The position numbers and the translations under genes were made by a program. From Spirochaetota bacterium (lineage in GTDB: Bacteria > Spirochaetota > UBA4802 > JAFGJZ01): a stretch of 24,902 nt of DNA. The notes under the pieces were generated by a model. The model did no database searches. It had not been told where the DNA came from and saw nothing but the letters and a program-made list of their open reading frames with translations. The stretch spans positions 1 to 24,902 of the forward strand of contig JBFZEW010000400.1 in assembly GCA_041306665.1 (NCBI GenBank). The letters run 5' to 3'. Positions 16,606 through 24,785 of this stretch are shown piece after piece. Each line of letters begins with the position of its first letter. Positions within the stretch are counted from its first letter, which is position 1.

Positions 16606-17409
16606 ATGTATTCAATTGGTGAATTTTCTTTAATTACAAAGCTTTCTGTTAAAACTCTCAGACACTACCATACTGAGAATATTCTTGATCCTGATTACAT
16701 CGATGAAGATTCAGGCTACAGGTATTACCGTGAAGCATCAATTCAAAAAGCTGAAATGATAAAAATGCTTCGCGACCTGGAATTTTCCATAAGTGATATC
16801 AGAGAAATTACCGAAAAATTTACCGACGACTCCGAGATTCTTCCGTATCTTAATTCACAGAAAGAAAAAATCAGAATGAAACTCGAAGAGTATGAAAAAA
16901 TTAATTTTTCCCTTGAAAGTATAATTAAAAACGCAGAGGAGAGAAAAATGAAAAAATCCTATTCAGACAAAGTTGTTGATAAAAATATCGGCGATTTTAT
17001 TTTTGCCGGCTACCGCTTCAAAGGCAGATACGATGAAGTCGGAAAAGCATTTTCAAAAATCGGGAAAGCCGCCGGCCGCTTTATAAACGGCAAAGCAATG
17101 TCGCTTTACTATGATGGAGAATACAGAGAAAGCGACGCGGATATTGAAGGCGGATTCCCTCTTAAAAAGGAAATCAGCAATCCGGAAATAAATTGCCGTG
17201 TTCTGAAAGGCGGTAAAGCGGCAACAATCATACATTCCGGTTCATATGACACATTAAGCGAGTCCTATAAAAAACTGTTTAATTATATTGAACAGAATAA
17301 AATTAAAACAGATCTTCCGGCACGGGAAATTTACATTAAAGGTCCGGGAATGATTTTCCGCGGCAATCCGGAAAAATATGTTACTGAAATTCAGATAATG
17401 TTTAAATAA
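16606..17409 (+). CDS. MerR family regulator with C-terminal GyrI-like ligand-binding domain (BmrR/EcmrR type)
   Basis: N-terminal YSIGEFS..LSVKTLRHYH...DSGYRYY, a coiled-coil linker, then a GyrI-like domain (ATIIHSGSYDTLSESYKKL, AREIY, YVTEIQI). Confidence 0.93.
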   Translation: MYSIGEFSLITKLSVKTLRHYHTENILDPDYIDEDSGYRYYREASIQKAEMIKMLRDLEFSISDIREITEKFTDDSEILPYLNSQKEKIRMKLEEYEKINFSLESIIKNAEERKMKKSYSDKVVDKNIGDFIFAGYRFKGRYDEVGKAFSKIGKAAGRFINGKAMSLYYDGEYRESDADIEGGFPLKKEISNPEINCRVLKGGKAATIIHSGSYDTLSESYKKLFNYIEQNKIKTDLPAREIYIKGPGMIFRGNPEKYVTEIQIMFK

Positions 17410-17416
17410 AACGGAA

Positions 17417-17452
17417 AAAGAAAAAGACGCTTTTCAAAGTGTCTTTTTCTTT
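17417..17452. terminator. Bidirectional intrinsic terminator between the MerR gene and the convergent membrane-protein gene
   Basis: AAAGAAAAAGACGC (17417-17430) pairs with GTGTCTTTTTCTTT (17439-17452), with one G-U pair and A/T tracts on both sides. Confidence 0.75.
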
Positions 17453-18141
17453 ATAATATAAATCCATATTGAAAATAAAAATCCAAAGCAAATAAGCTGT
17501 GACATCAAAACAGTCCACGAGTAATTAAAATATTTTGCTTCACCTAATGTATGAAACATCATTGACACGAAAAAGAAAAACCACATTATGTAAAATGATT
17601 TAATTAAAACATAACCAACACCGTAAAATAGACCCATGATAAACATTATCACAAACATTTCTACACCGAATTTTTTATCGATAAAAAATGATAATCCGCA
17701 GGCAGCTCCTGAACTGAACACAGGAACGATTATTTTCAAAATTTTTCCTGGCATCATTTCATCAAAAATCGATGGAATTAAATAAAAACAATACATTGTT
17801 ACACCAAATGACATTGGAACAAACAAAATCAGATATTTGATTATCTCTTCCAAGCCCGGTCTGTTTTTTATCACAAGTTCCAGATTGTTTTCGGAAAATA
17901 TTCCCGCCGTCGTAAAAAGAATTAAATATATTATACCGGCACTATATAATAATAATTTCACCGGATATTTCATTTTAATTCCAAACTTCCATACAATAAC
18001 TAATGGAATAAATACGCATGATAACATCAGATATAAGAATGTAAAAATTACGTTCCCTGCAATGCCTCCTGTAAAGACTGCGAGACCCCAGAAAAAAAGG
18101 TATGCTGTAAAACCTGAAAAAACTGCATAATTTTTATTCAT
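17434..18141 (-). CDS. Uncharacterised multi-pass membrane protein
   Basis: 235 aa with about 7-8 hydrophobic segments; overlaps the PadR stop by 8 bp. Faint resemblance to CPBP proteins (SMMFHT) but no EExxxR motif. Confidence 0.8.
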   Translation of the reverse strand: MNKNYAVFSGFTAYLFFWGLAVFTGGIAGNVIFTFLYLMLSCVFIPLVIVWKFGIKMKYPVKLLLYSAGIIYLILFTTAGIFSENNLELVIKNRPGLEEIIKYLILFVPMSFGVTMYCFYLIPSIFDEMMPGKILKIIVPVFSSGAACGLSFFIDKKFGVEMFVIMFIMGLFYGVGYVLIKSFYIMWFFFFVSMMFHTLGEAKYFNYSWTVLMSQLICFGFLFSIWIYIIKKKTL

Positions 18142-18679
18142 TTTTCTCTCCTTGAAATAATTTAATTACTTCATTGCACCATTTAATTTCAGCTTCTGTG
18201 TGAATTATTGAATGTCTAAATACAGCATCCGCTGTTTTTCTGTAATTTTCCGGAAGATACTTTAAAGTCAGTTTTCGGTGGTTTAAAATATATTTATGTT
18301 TATAATTTTCATTTTCCAGTTTTTTATTGAAATATTGAATCAGCCGGTTTTCCGAGTATTCATCTGCGAAAAATAAAATCACATCATCTTTATAAAAAAT
18401 ATTTTCATCCTGAATAAGAAGTTTTTCTAAAAGCTCATGAAACAAAGAAAGACCTCTTTTATTTATTGAAAAAACAATTATCTCTTTTTTTACCGGAGAT
18501 ATATCCTTTTCTGACTCGAGATACCCTTCTTCATGCAATTTTTCCAGATGATAATAAACATTTGAAAGTTTCACATTCACAAAATCAGAAACTTCGTTTG
18601 CTATTTTTTCTTTCAGTTCATACCCGTGCAATGGTCCGAAACGTTTCAGGAAACCCAGAATTACCAGTTTTAGTTCCAT
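18134..18679 (-). CDS. PadR family transcriptional regulator
   Basis: MELKLVILGFLKRFGPLHGYELKE...VYYHLEKLHEEGYL...FSINKRG winged HTH with a long C-terminal helical domain. ATG 18679 preferred over TTG 18685. Confidence 0.9.
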   Translation of the reverse strand: MELKLVILGFLKRFGPLHGYELKEKIANEVSDFVNVKLSNVYYHLEKLHEEGYLESEKDISPVKKEIIVFSINKRGLSLFHELLEKLLIQDENIFYKDDVILFFADEYSENRLIQYFNKKLENENYKHKYILNHRKLTLKYLPENYRKTADAVFRHSIIHTEAEIKWCNEVIKLFQGEKNE

Positions 18680-18691
18680 TTTCAACCTGCC

Positions 18692-18737
18692 ATAGTCAGT
18701 ACTGAATAAAATATAGTCAGGACTGAATATATGTCAA
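18692..18737 (-). promoter_or_regulatory. padR promoter with two tandem palindromic operators
   Basis: Minus strand TTGACA (18737-18732)-N16-TATATT (18715-18710). Two 17-bp copies, ATAGTCAG[T/G]ACTGAATA at 18692-18708 and 18713-18729, each with a TCAG-N2-CTGA core. Confidence 0.75.
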
Positions 18738-18872
18738 CTATTTATTATTTTTTTTAATCAAATTTATTTTACCGTACTATTGTATTATTTCGACTTGATA
18801 AGGTTTTGTATTTAATTTCTTTCAGGCTGTGCTTTCCTGCAATATTTACTGTTCATTATTCATTATTAATTA

Positions 18873-19562
18873 TTAATTGTTCATTGCCTCCCCATGTTTA
18901 TCCTGAACACTGCTTATGATACTTAGGAATAGAACCCAGAAACATACAATAACATTGAAAACAGGAATCTGAAGAGAAGCAGGAAAACAATAAATTATCG
19001 AAACTGACGGGATCCAGACCATCCATGTTGAAACAAGCAAAGAAGGTATTCTGAAATAAAAAAGCGATTTATTCATTTTAGTCTTAAGCTTTGTAAATGA
19101 GAAATCAGAATCCTTCCAAAGGTATATAATCATTATTGTCGGCGATGCCCATAGCGGATTATATACAAACTGGTCAAATATTACTTTTTTCGCAACAACA
19201 GAAACAACCTGCTCATTACCGAAAAAGAAACTTTGAAGTCTATACAACAGATCAACTTCAATGCCCCGATAGGTCCAGAAAAAAACGTAGAATAAAAATT
19301 CTTTCATTCTTTTACCCTGCGGAATTTTACCGGTAAATCTCAGATATAAAAATGGAATTATTCCTGCGAAAATTACCGTCGCGACTCCTGAATAAATAAA
19401 GCCATATCTGTCTTTCAATTCTGCTGCTTTATTAAAAATAATCGCGGCGGGAGGAACGAAATAGTATGCAGCAACAATAAAAATTCCTACGCAAATAAGA
19501 ACAACTCCAGGCAGAAGATTCGTTTTTACTCCATCAATAGTCACGCGGACAAATTTATTCAT
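18873..19562 (-). CDS. Mpv17/PMP22-family-like membrane protein
   Basis: The C-terminal half follows the family pattern: KKVIFDQFVYNPLW...STWMVWIP..IIYCFPASLQIPVFNVIVCFWVLFLS (KxxxDQxxxxP; WxxWxP; PxxxxxxxxNxxxxxWxxxLS). Confidence 0.75.
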   Translation of the reverse strand: MNKFVRVTIDGVKTNLLPGVVLICVGIFIVAAYYFVPPAAIIFNKAAELKDRYGFIYSGVATVIFAGIIPFLYLRFTGKIPQGKRMKEFLFYVFFWTYRGIEVDLLYRLQSFFFGNEQVVSVVAKKVIFDQFVYNPLWASPTIMIIYLWKDSDFSFTKLKTKMNKSLFYFRIPSLLVSTWMVWIPSVSIIYCFPASLQIPVFNVIVCFWVLFLSIISSVQDKHGEAMNN

Positions 19563-19599
19563 TTATCTTTCCAAATACTGTTTATTATTTTTATAAAGC

Positions 19600-19680
19600 T
19601 CAAGCTGACAATTCCGCATGAATAGAAAATGAAACCGCCGTAAAAACCATAAATGCGGCTGTTAATGATAATTTTTTCAT
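19600..19680 (-). CDS. 26-aa ORF consisting almost only of a Sec signal peptide (micropeptide or gene remnant)
   Basis: MKKLSLTAAFMVFTAVSFSIHAELSA*; AGGAG SD 7 nt upstream. Confidence 0.5.
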   Translation of the reverse strand: MKKLSLTAAFMVFTAVSFSIHAELSA

Positions 19681-19712
19681 ATTCATTCTCCTGTAATTTT
19701 TAAAAGCTGAAT

Positions 19713-20663
19713 TTAGAAAATGAGATAAGTCAAATAACCGCAATACGTCAGCAGTAAAAACACTCCTTCAGCACGGTTGATGCGAAAGCCTGAACGCATT
19801 ACTGGAAGAATTAAAACCGCTGTTCCAATCAGCACCAGCATGTCAACAATTCCGATTCCTGAAAACGTAATCGGGGTTAAAAGTCCCGTAAATCCAAGTA
19901 TTGCAAAAATGTTGAAAATGTTCGAACCGATAACATTTCCAATAGCAATATCTTCTTCGCGGCGGAAAGCCGCCAAGACGGAAGTTGCCAGCTCCGGAAG
20001 ACTTGTTCCTGCCGACACAATAGTAAGTCCGATTATTGTCTCAGATATGTTTAAAATATGAGCAATATCAACTGCTCCTTTTACAAAAAGCTTCGATCCG
20101 GCCACCAATAGAATTAATCCGCCGAAAATAAACGCGGCATTAAGCAGCATGCTTAACCAGTCTTTTCCCGGATTTTTTGCTTTTGAAGGAATTAAAACAT
20201 CATTATTTTCATTATTGTTATTTTTTCTTCCGAAATAAATCGAAAACACAACATAACAAATTATTCCCGCGAAAAGAAAAGCTCCCTCCATTCTGCTCAA
20301 TGTGCCGTCTAACAGCACCAGGCACACAATAAGAGTAGCTGCCATCATAATAGGTGCATCTATTCGAAGCACTTGTATGTTTACTTTCAATGGAGATATA
20401 ATTGCCGCGATTCCAAGAATTACGGCAATATTAAAAATATTCGATCCGACAACATTTCCTATGGCGATTCCTCCGATTCCTTTTAAACCCGAGGAAACAC
20501 TTACAACCATTTCAGGCGCGCTTGTTCCGAATGCGACAACTGTCAAACCGACGATAAGCGATGGAATTCCCATTGCTAGGGCCAGACGCGAACTTCCTTT
20601 TACGAGCCATTCAGCTCCAAAATAAAGAAAAATAATTCCCGCGATTATATAGATTATGTACAT
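19713..20663 (-). CDS. Calcium/sodium antiporter (CaCA, YrbG type)
   Basis: Two alpha-repeats, AFGTSAPE...GNVVGSNIFNI and SAGTSLPE...GNVIGSNIFNI. Confidence 0.95.
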   Translation of the reverse strand: MYIIYIIAGIIFLYFGAEWLVKGSSRLALAMGIPSLIVGLTVVAFGTSAPEMVVSVSSGLKGIGGIAIGNVVGSNIFNIAVILGIAAIISPLKVNIQVLRIDAPIMMAATLIVCLVLLDGTLSRMEGAFLFAGIICYVVFSIYFGRKNNNNENNDVLIPSKAKNPGKDWLSMLLNAAFIFGGLILLVAGSKLFVKGAVDIAHILNISETIIGLTIVSAGTSLPELATSVLAAFRREEDIAIGNVIGSNIFNIFAILGFTGLLTPITFSGIGIVDMLVLIGTAVLILPVMRSGFRINRAEGVFLLLTYCGYLTYLIF

Positions 20664-20858
20664 TTAAAAACTCCATGATATTTTTATACCGTATTTAATC
20701 GGATATTTTTATTTAGTCAAATCTTTTAACATTGGAAAAACAAATTAGTAAGCGCTGCACTTGCCAAACGATGTATAGATTTTAAAACATTGAAACTATG
20801 TCACGGTAATGCTCCCGCTCTGCCGAAGACAGGACGACAAAAGACGGAAAAGCTGAGA

Positions 20859-21971
20859 TCAGGAAAAAATTTTGTCAACGGAGTAATATTCAAGACCGAA
20901 CGCCGATGCCACATCTGGATAAGTGCATTTGCCGTCATAAAGATTTAATCCCTTTGCTATCGCGGTATTTTCCCTGCACGCTAAAATTGCTCCTTTATCA
21001 GCAATCTGCAGTCCATATCGCAAAGTTGTGCTCGTCAGCGCGTAAGTTGAAGTCAGCGCGACCGCTCCCGGCATGTTCGCTACGCAATAATGAACAATTC
21101 CTTCTTCAATGTATGTAGGATTATCATGCGTTGTCGGACGGGTTGTTTCAAAACATCCTCCCTGATCTACCGCGACATCGACCAATACTGTACCTTTTTT
21201 CATCAGTGCCAGATGTGACTTTTTAATCAATTTCGGCGCTTTTGCTCCAGGAATCAGAACAGCTCCGATTATCAGATCACTTTCCCTGCAGATGCGCTCA
21301 ATGTTGCTTTCAGTGCTGTAAAGCCCGGTAATTCGCGAGCCAAAAACATCATCAAGATAGGCGAGCCGAGCCGAACTGACATCGAGAACAGTAACTTCTG
21401 CTCCCATACCGGTCGCGATTTTACACGCGTTTGTTCCGACTACACCTGCTCCGAGAATCGCGACTTTTCCGCGGGCAACACCCGGCACGCCTCCCAGAAG
21501 AACTCCTCTTCCGCCGAATGTTTTTTCAAGATACTTCGCTCCTTCCTGAACAGCCAGACGGCCTGCGATTTCACTCATTGGAGTCAGACACGGAAGAGAT
21601 CTGCCCTCCATAATTGTTTCATATGCAATTGCGCAGATTTTTTTATCAAGCAGCTCACGGGTAAGTTTCTCATCAGCAGCAAGATGCAGATATGTATAGA
21701 GTATATGATTCTTTTTAAAATATGAATATTCCGAAGGCTGTGGTTCTTTTACTTTAATTATCATTTCACATTTATCAAATATTTCAGCAGCAGAGTTTAA
21801 AATTACAGCTCCAGATTTTTCATAATCACTGTCAGAAAATCCGGTTCCTTCACCTGCATTTTTTTCAACATATATTTCGTGCCCATGCGATACATAACTT
21901 TTTACGCAATCCGGCGTAAGCCCGACCCGGTATTCATGAGTTTTAATTTCTTTAACTGTACCGATTTTCAT
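20859..21971 (-). CDS. ald: Alanine dehydrogenase
   Basis: Motifs KEIKTHEYRVGLTP, IKVKEP, YLHLAA, MSEIAGR, GAGVVG, DVAVDQGGC and HYCVANMPGAV; GGAGG SD. Confidence 0.97.
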   Translation of the reverse strand: MKIGTVKEIKTHEYRVGLTPDCVKSYVSHGHEIYVEKNAGEGTGFSDSDYEKSGAVILNSAAEIFDKCEMIIKVKEPQPSEYSYFKKNHILYTYLHLAADEKLTRELLDKKICAIAYETIMEGRSLPCLTPMSEIAGRLAVQEGAKYLEKTFGGRGVLLGGVPGVARGKVAILGAGVVGTNACKIATGMGAEVTVLDVSSARLAYLDDVFGSRITGLYSTESNIERICRESDLIIGAVLIPGAKAPKLIKKSHLALMKKGTVLVDVAVDQGGCFETTRPTTHDNPTYIEEGIVHYCVANMPGAVALTSTYALTSTTLRYGLQIADKGAILACRENTAIAKGLNLYDGKCTYPDVASAFGLEYYSVDKIFS

Positions 21972-22167
21972 TATGCCTCCGCTTTAATTTCAAACTTATT
22001 ATATGAATGTATTTTGCAAATTTCAATAGAAATTTTAATCAATATTATATTTAAATTCTTTAATCAATAAATTTTCATGAATAACATTTCGCAATTGACT
22101 TTCCACTTAACTTATTTTTATGTTAAATTTCAAATGTTCAATAATTTTAATCAGTAGGACTTTATAA

Positions 22168-23925
22168 ATGAATAATAAAATTCTTAAATTTTTTATGCCT
22201 TACATTCCCAAATTATTTCCGATTTTTCTTATAAACGCCATTGCGGCATCGGCAATGGCGTTACTGATTCCATGGATAATGAAAATAATGATTGATGAAG
22301 TCTTTCCGCAGAAAAACATTCAATTATTATTCCGGCTTATAATTACTCTTACTATTACAAGACTCATATCCGCAGTTCTTTTATCAGTAACATTATTATT
22401 AAGAGAAGCATTAATATTAAAAATAACTAATATACTTCGGGGGAACATCACCAATAAATTAAACTCTCTTTCTTTATCCGTATTGAACAAAGAAAAAACC
22501 GGTAATATAATGAATACCATTTCTGATGATTGTCCATCTTTTGTTGCAATTATCAGTATTATTCAGGATTTATTTTTCATTTTTATACTTTTCATATCTC
22601 AAATTGCTGTAGTATCAATAATTGCACCTAAATTACTTTTTATTGCTATCCCGATTCTTTTCTTATTTCCTGTTCTGAATCTTTTTACATCCCGTAAATT
22701 CCGGGATCTTGAATATAATTATCGCAACTCATACGGCAGACTTAACAACTTCATTCATGAAATAATCGGTGGTATAAAAGAAATTAAGAGTTTCAACCGG
22801 CAGTCATGGCAGAATGCTGTATTACATAATTATTTTACTCAACTGGAGAATATATATTTAAAATATTTTAAATCTTTCACAATTTCCTTTTTCAGTAACG
22901 ATTTACTTAGACTTCTCACCGACATACTAATATACTCTGCTGCCGGACTTCTTGTAATAAAAAGCAACTATACTGCAGGTTCCGCTATTGCAGCAGCAAC
23001 ATATATCAATAGCCTGATTACTCCAGTCAGCTCGTTCGGAGAAAGCATTGGAGCAATAAGAAGCAAACTTGCAGCATGGGACAGAGTAAATGCTGTTTTA
23101 GAACTTCCTTCGGATGAATACGAAAATAAAGGAGATAATCAATTTCCTTCTGTTTTTGAAAAACTCGAATTTAAAGATGTACTTTTTTCATATACTGAAT
23201 CTGAAAGTGTGCTGAAAAATATAACTCTTGAAATTAAAAAAAACAGCTTCATTTCAATAGCAGGATTAAGCGGCTGCGGGAAGAGTACAATTATAAACCT
23301 GATTTTAAAACTCCTTAAACCCGACAAAGGGCAGATACTTATAAACAATGAAAGCATTAGCGAAATAAAAACAATTTCTCTACGCGATAACATCGCAGTT
23401 GTTTTTCAGGATCCGTTTTTATTTGATGATACTATTATTGAAAATCTCAAATTCGGAAATCCGGATGCATCTTTGGATGATATTATAAGCTGTGCAAAGA
23501 AAGCGCATATTCATGAATTTATTTCTTCACTTTCCGACAAATATGAAACAACAATCGGCGAACGGGGAGTATTCCTGTCGGGCGGACAGAAGCAGCGGCT
23601 CGGGATTGCACGAGCTCTGATTAAAAATCCTCAAATACTCATACTTGATGAAGCAACTTCATGGCTTGATTTCAAACTGGAAGACAGCATGATTGATCTT
23701 ATCACGGAGCTGAAACAAAGTATGACAATCATCTGTGTTTCTCACAGAATCAATTCAGTCAAACAATCAGATACAATTATATTTCTCAATGAGGGAAAAA
23801 TTGAAAAATGCGGAACACACGAAGAACTTTTGAGTTCAAGCACTCTTTACAACGAACTTGTTTATAATAAACTTGCAGAAGTGCAGTCCGGAAAAATACA
23901 GGATTGTACTTCATTGAACTCTTAG
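22168..23925 (+). CDS. ABC exporter (fused TMD + NBD, type IV)
   Basis: Six-TM N-terminal domain, Walker A GLSGCGKST, Q-loop VFQD, signature LSGGQ, Walker B ILILDEATS and H-loop VSHR. No C39 peptidase domain. Confidence 0.93.
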   Translation: MNNKILKFFMPYIPKLFPIFLINAIAASAMALLIPWIMKIMIDEVFPQKNIQLLFRLIITLTITRLISAVLLSVTLLLREALILKITNILRGNITNKLNSLSLSVLNKEKTGNIMNTISDDCPSFVAIISIIQDLFFIFILFISQIAVVSIIAPKLLFIAIPILFLFPVLNLFTSRKFRDLEYNYRNSYGRLNNFIHEIIGGIKEIKSFNRQSWQNAVLHNYFTQLENIYLKYFKSFTISFFSNDLLRLLTDILIYSAAGLLVIKSNYTAGSAIAAATYINSLITPVSSFGESIGAIRSKLAAWDRVNAVLELPSDEYENKGDNQFPSVFEKLEFKDVLFSYTESESVLKNITLEIKKNSFISIAGLSGCGKSTIINLILKLLKPDKGQILINNESISEIKTISLRDNIAVVFQDPFLFDDTIIENLKFGNPDASLDDIISCAKKAHIHEFISSLSDKYETTIGERGVFLSGGQKQRLGIARALIKNPQILILDEATSWLDFKLEDSMIDLITELKQSMTIICVSHRINSVKQSDTIIFLNEGKIEKCGTHEELLSSSTLYNELVYNKLAEVQSGKIQDCTSLNS

Positions 23926-24202
23926 TTTCTTAACGCACAATCAATTTCCCGGAATTCTGTTTTTTCTAATCTGTCATTAAACAACGGATAATACTGTATG
24001 AGATGAAATATCTGCCTGAGTATAAAAATTAGTTTAACTGCTATTGTGCACAAACATATGGATAAAAATATATTAATTTATAATTAAAATTTAATATTAA
24101 AATTTAAAATTTTGCTTGACAGCTATAAAATTTACACATTTACTGAATAAGAACTTACAAATCATTCTTCTCGCTTAACATCATTCTCAACTTTTTCTAT
24201 CT

Positions 24203-24284
24203 GAGGAACATTAAATTCACAAAGTTTACCCGTCCGAAAAGGAGGAACATTACAGTCATAAAGTTTACTCGTCTTAAAAGGAGG
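24203..24284 (+). repeat. 39-bp degenerate tandem repeat in the 5' leader of the stress-protein cluster
   Basis: Units 24203-24241 and 24242-24280 are identical at 33/39 positions. A third GAGG (24281-24284) is the SD of the ORF at 24290. Confidence 0.85.
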
Positions 24285-24289
24285 CCGCA

Positions 24290-24601
24290 ATGATTGATAA
24301 AAAATTATACAATCAACGCTTTAAAGCACAACTTGACGTCTGGAAGGCCGGCATTGCCGGAATGAAAGCTGAAGCATTACTTTCAAGCGCAGATGCACAA
24401 ATCAGCTTACATAAAAAAATCGATGCCTTAGAATCAGAAGTTGATAAAGGATACATAAAATTCAACGAGATAAACTCCGCAAATGATGAGGCATGGGACG
24501 CATTGATAAAAGGCGCTGAATCCGCCTGGAGTTCACTTAAAACTTCATTTCATGAAGCATCACTGAAATATAAAAAAATTAAAAAGGATAATATATGTTA
24601 G
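24290..24601 (+). CDS. Small coiled-coil stress protein (sll1863-like)
   Basis: Pattern Y...KAQLDVWKA.I..MKA...A...DEAWDALIKGAESAWSSLKTSF; strong SD AAGGAGG. Confidence 0.75.
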   Translation: MIDKKLYNQRFKAQLDVWKAGIAGMKAEALLSSADAQISLHKKIDALESEVDKGYIKFNEINSANDEAWDALIKGAESAWSSLKTSFHEASLKYKKIKKDNIC

Positions 24602-24741
24602 AAATTATTGCCGTTGTTTTAATTGTGCTTTGGGCACTTGGACTCGTTACATCATACACACTTGGCGGATTTATTCACATTCTGCTGGTAATTGCAGTTG
24701 TAGTTATCCTCCTGCGGATAATCCGCGGACGGAAATTATAA
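24595..24741 (+). CDS. lmo0937-family (DUF5670) small membrane protein
   Basis: Absent from the ORF track. MLEIIAVVLIVLWALGLVTSYTLGGFIHILLVIAVVVILLRIIRGRKL* (48 aa) has the family LW.LG......GG.IH.LLV.A motif; AGGA SD; overlaps the previous stop. Confidence 0.9.
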   Translation: MLEIIAVVLIVLWALGLVTSYTLGGFIHILLVIAVVVILLRIIRGRKL

Positions 24742-24785
24742 TTCAAAACTCACAAAATTTCTAAAATAGAATCACAAGGAAAAGC

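Noticed and set aside
20805-20850. Terminator or structured RNA between ald and the antiporter
   Set aside because: Only a 5-bp stem with a wobble pair and no U-tract.
1907-23393. Many short ORF-track entries overlapping real genes (e.g. 1907-2095, 3605-3874, 6516-6803, 11579-11830, 12160-12489, 17837-18130, 20302-20625, 23139-23393)
   Set aside because: Antisense or alternate-frame shadows of well-supported CDSs, with no motifs or SD support.
23922-24077. Minus-strand open frame of about 51 codons as an ABC substrate or gene remnant
   Set aside because: No ATG or SD, and no recognisable leader or motif.
24116-24146. Sigma70 promoter TTGACA upstream of the stress cluster
   Set aside because: Perfect -35 but no convincing -10 at 16-18 bp spacing.
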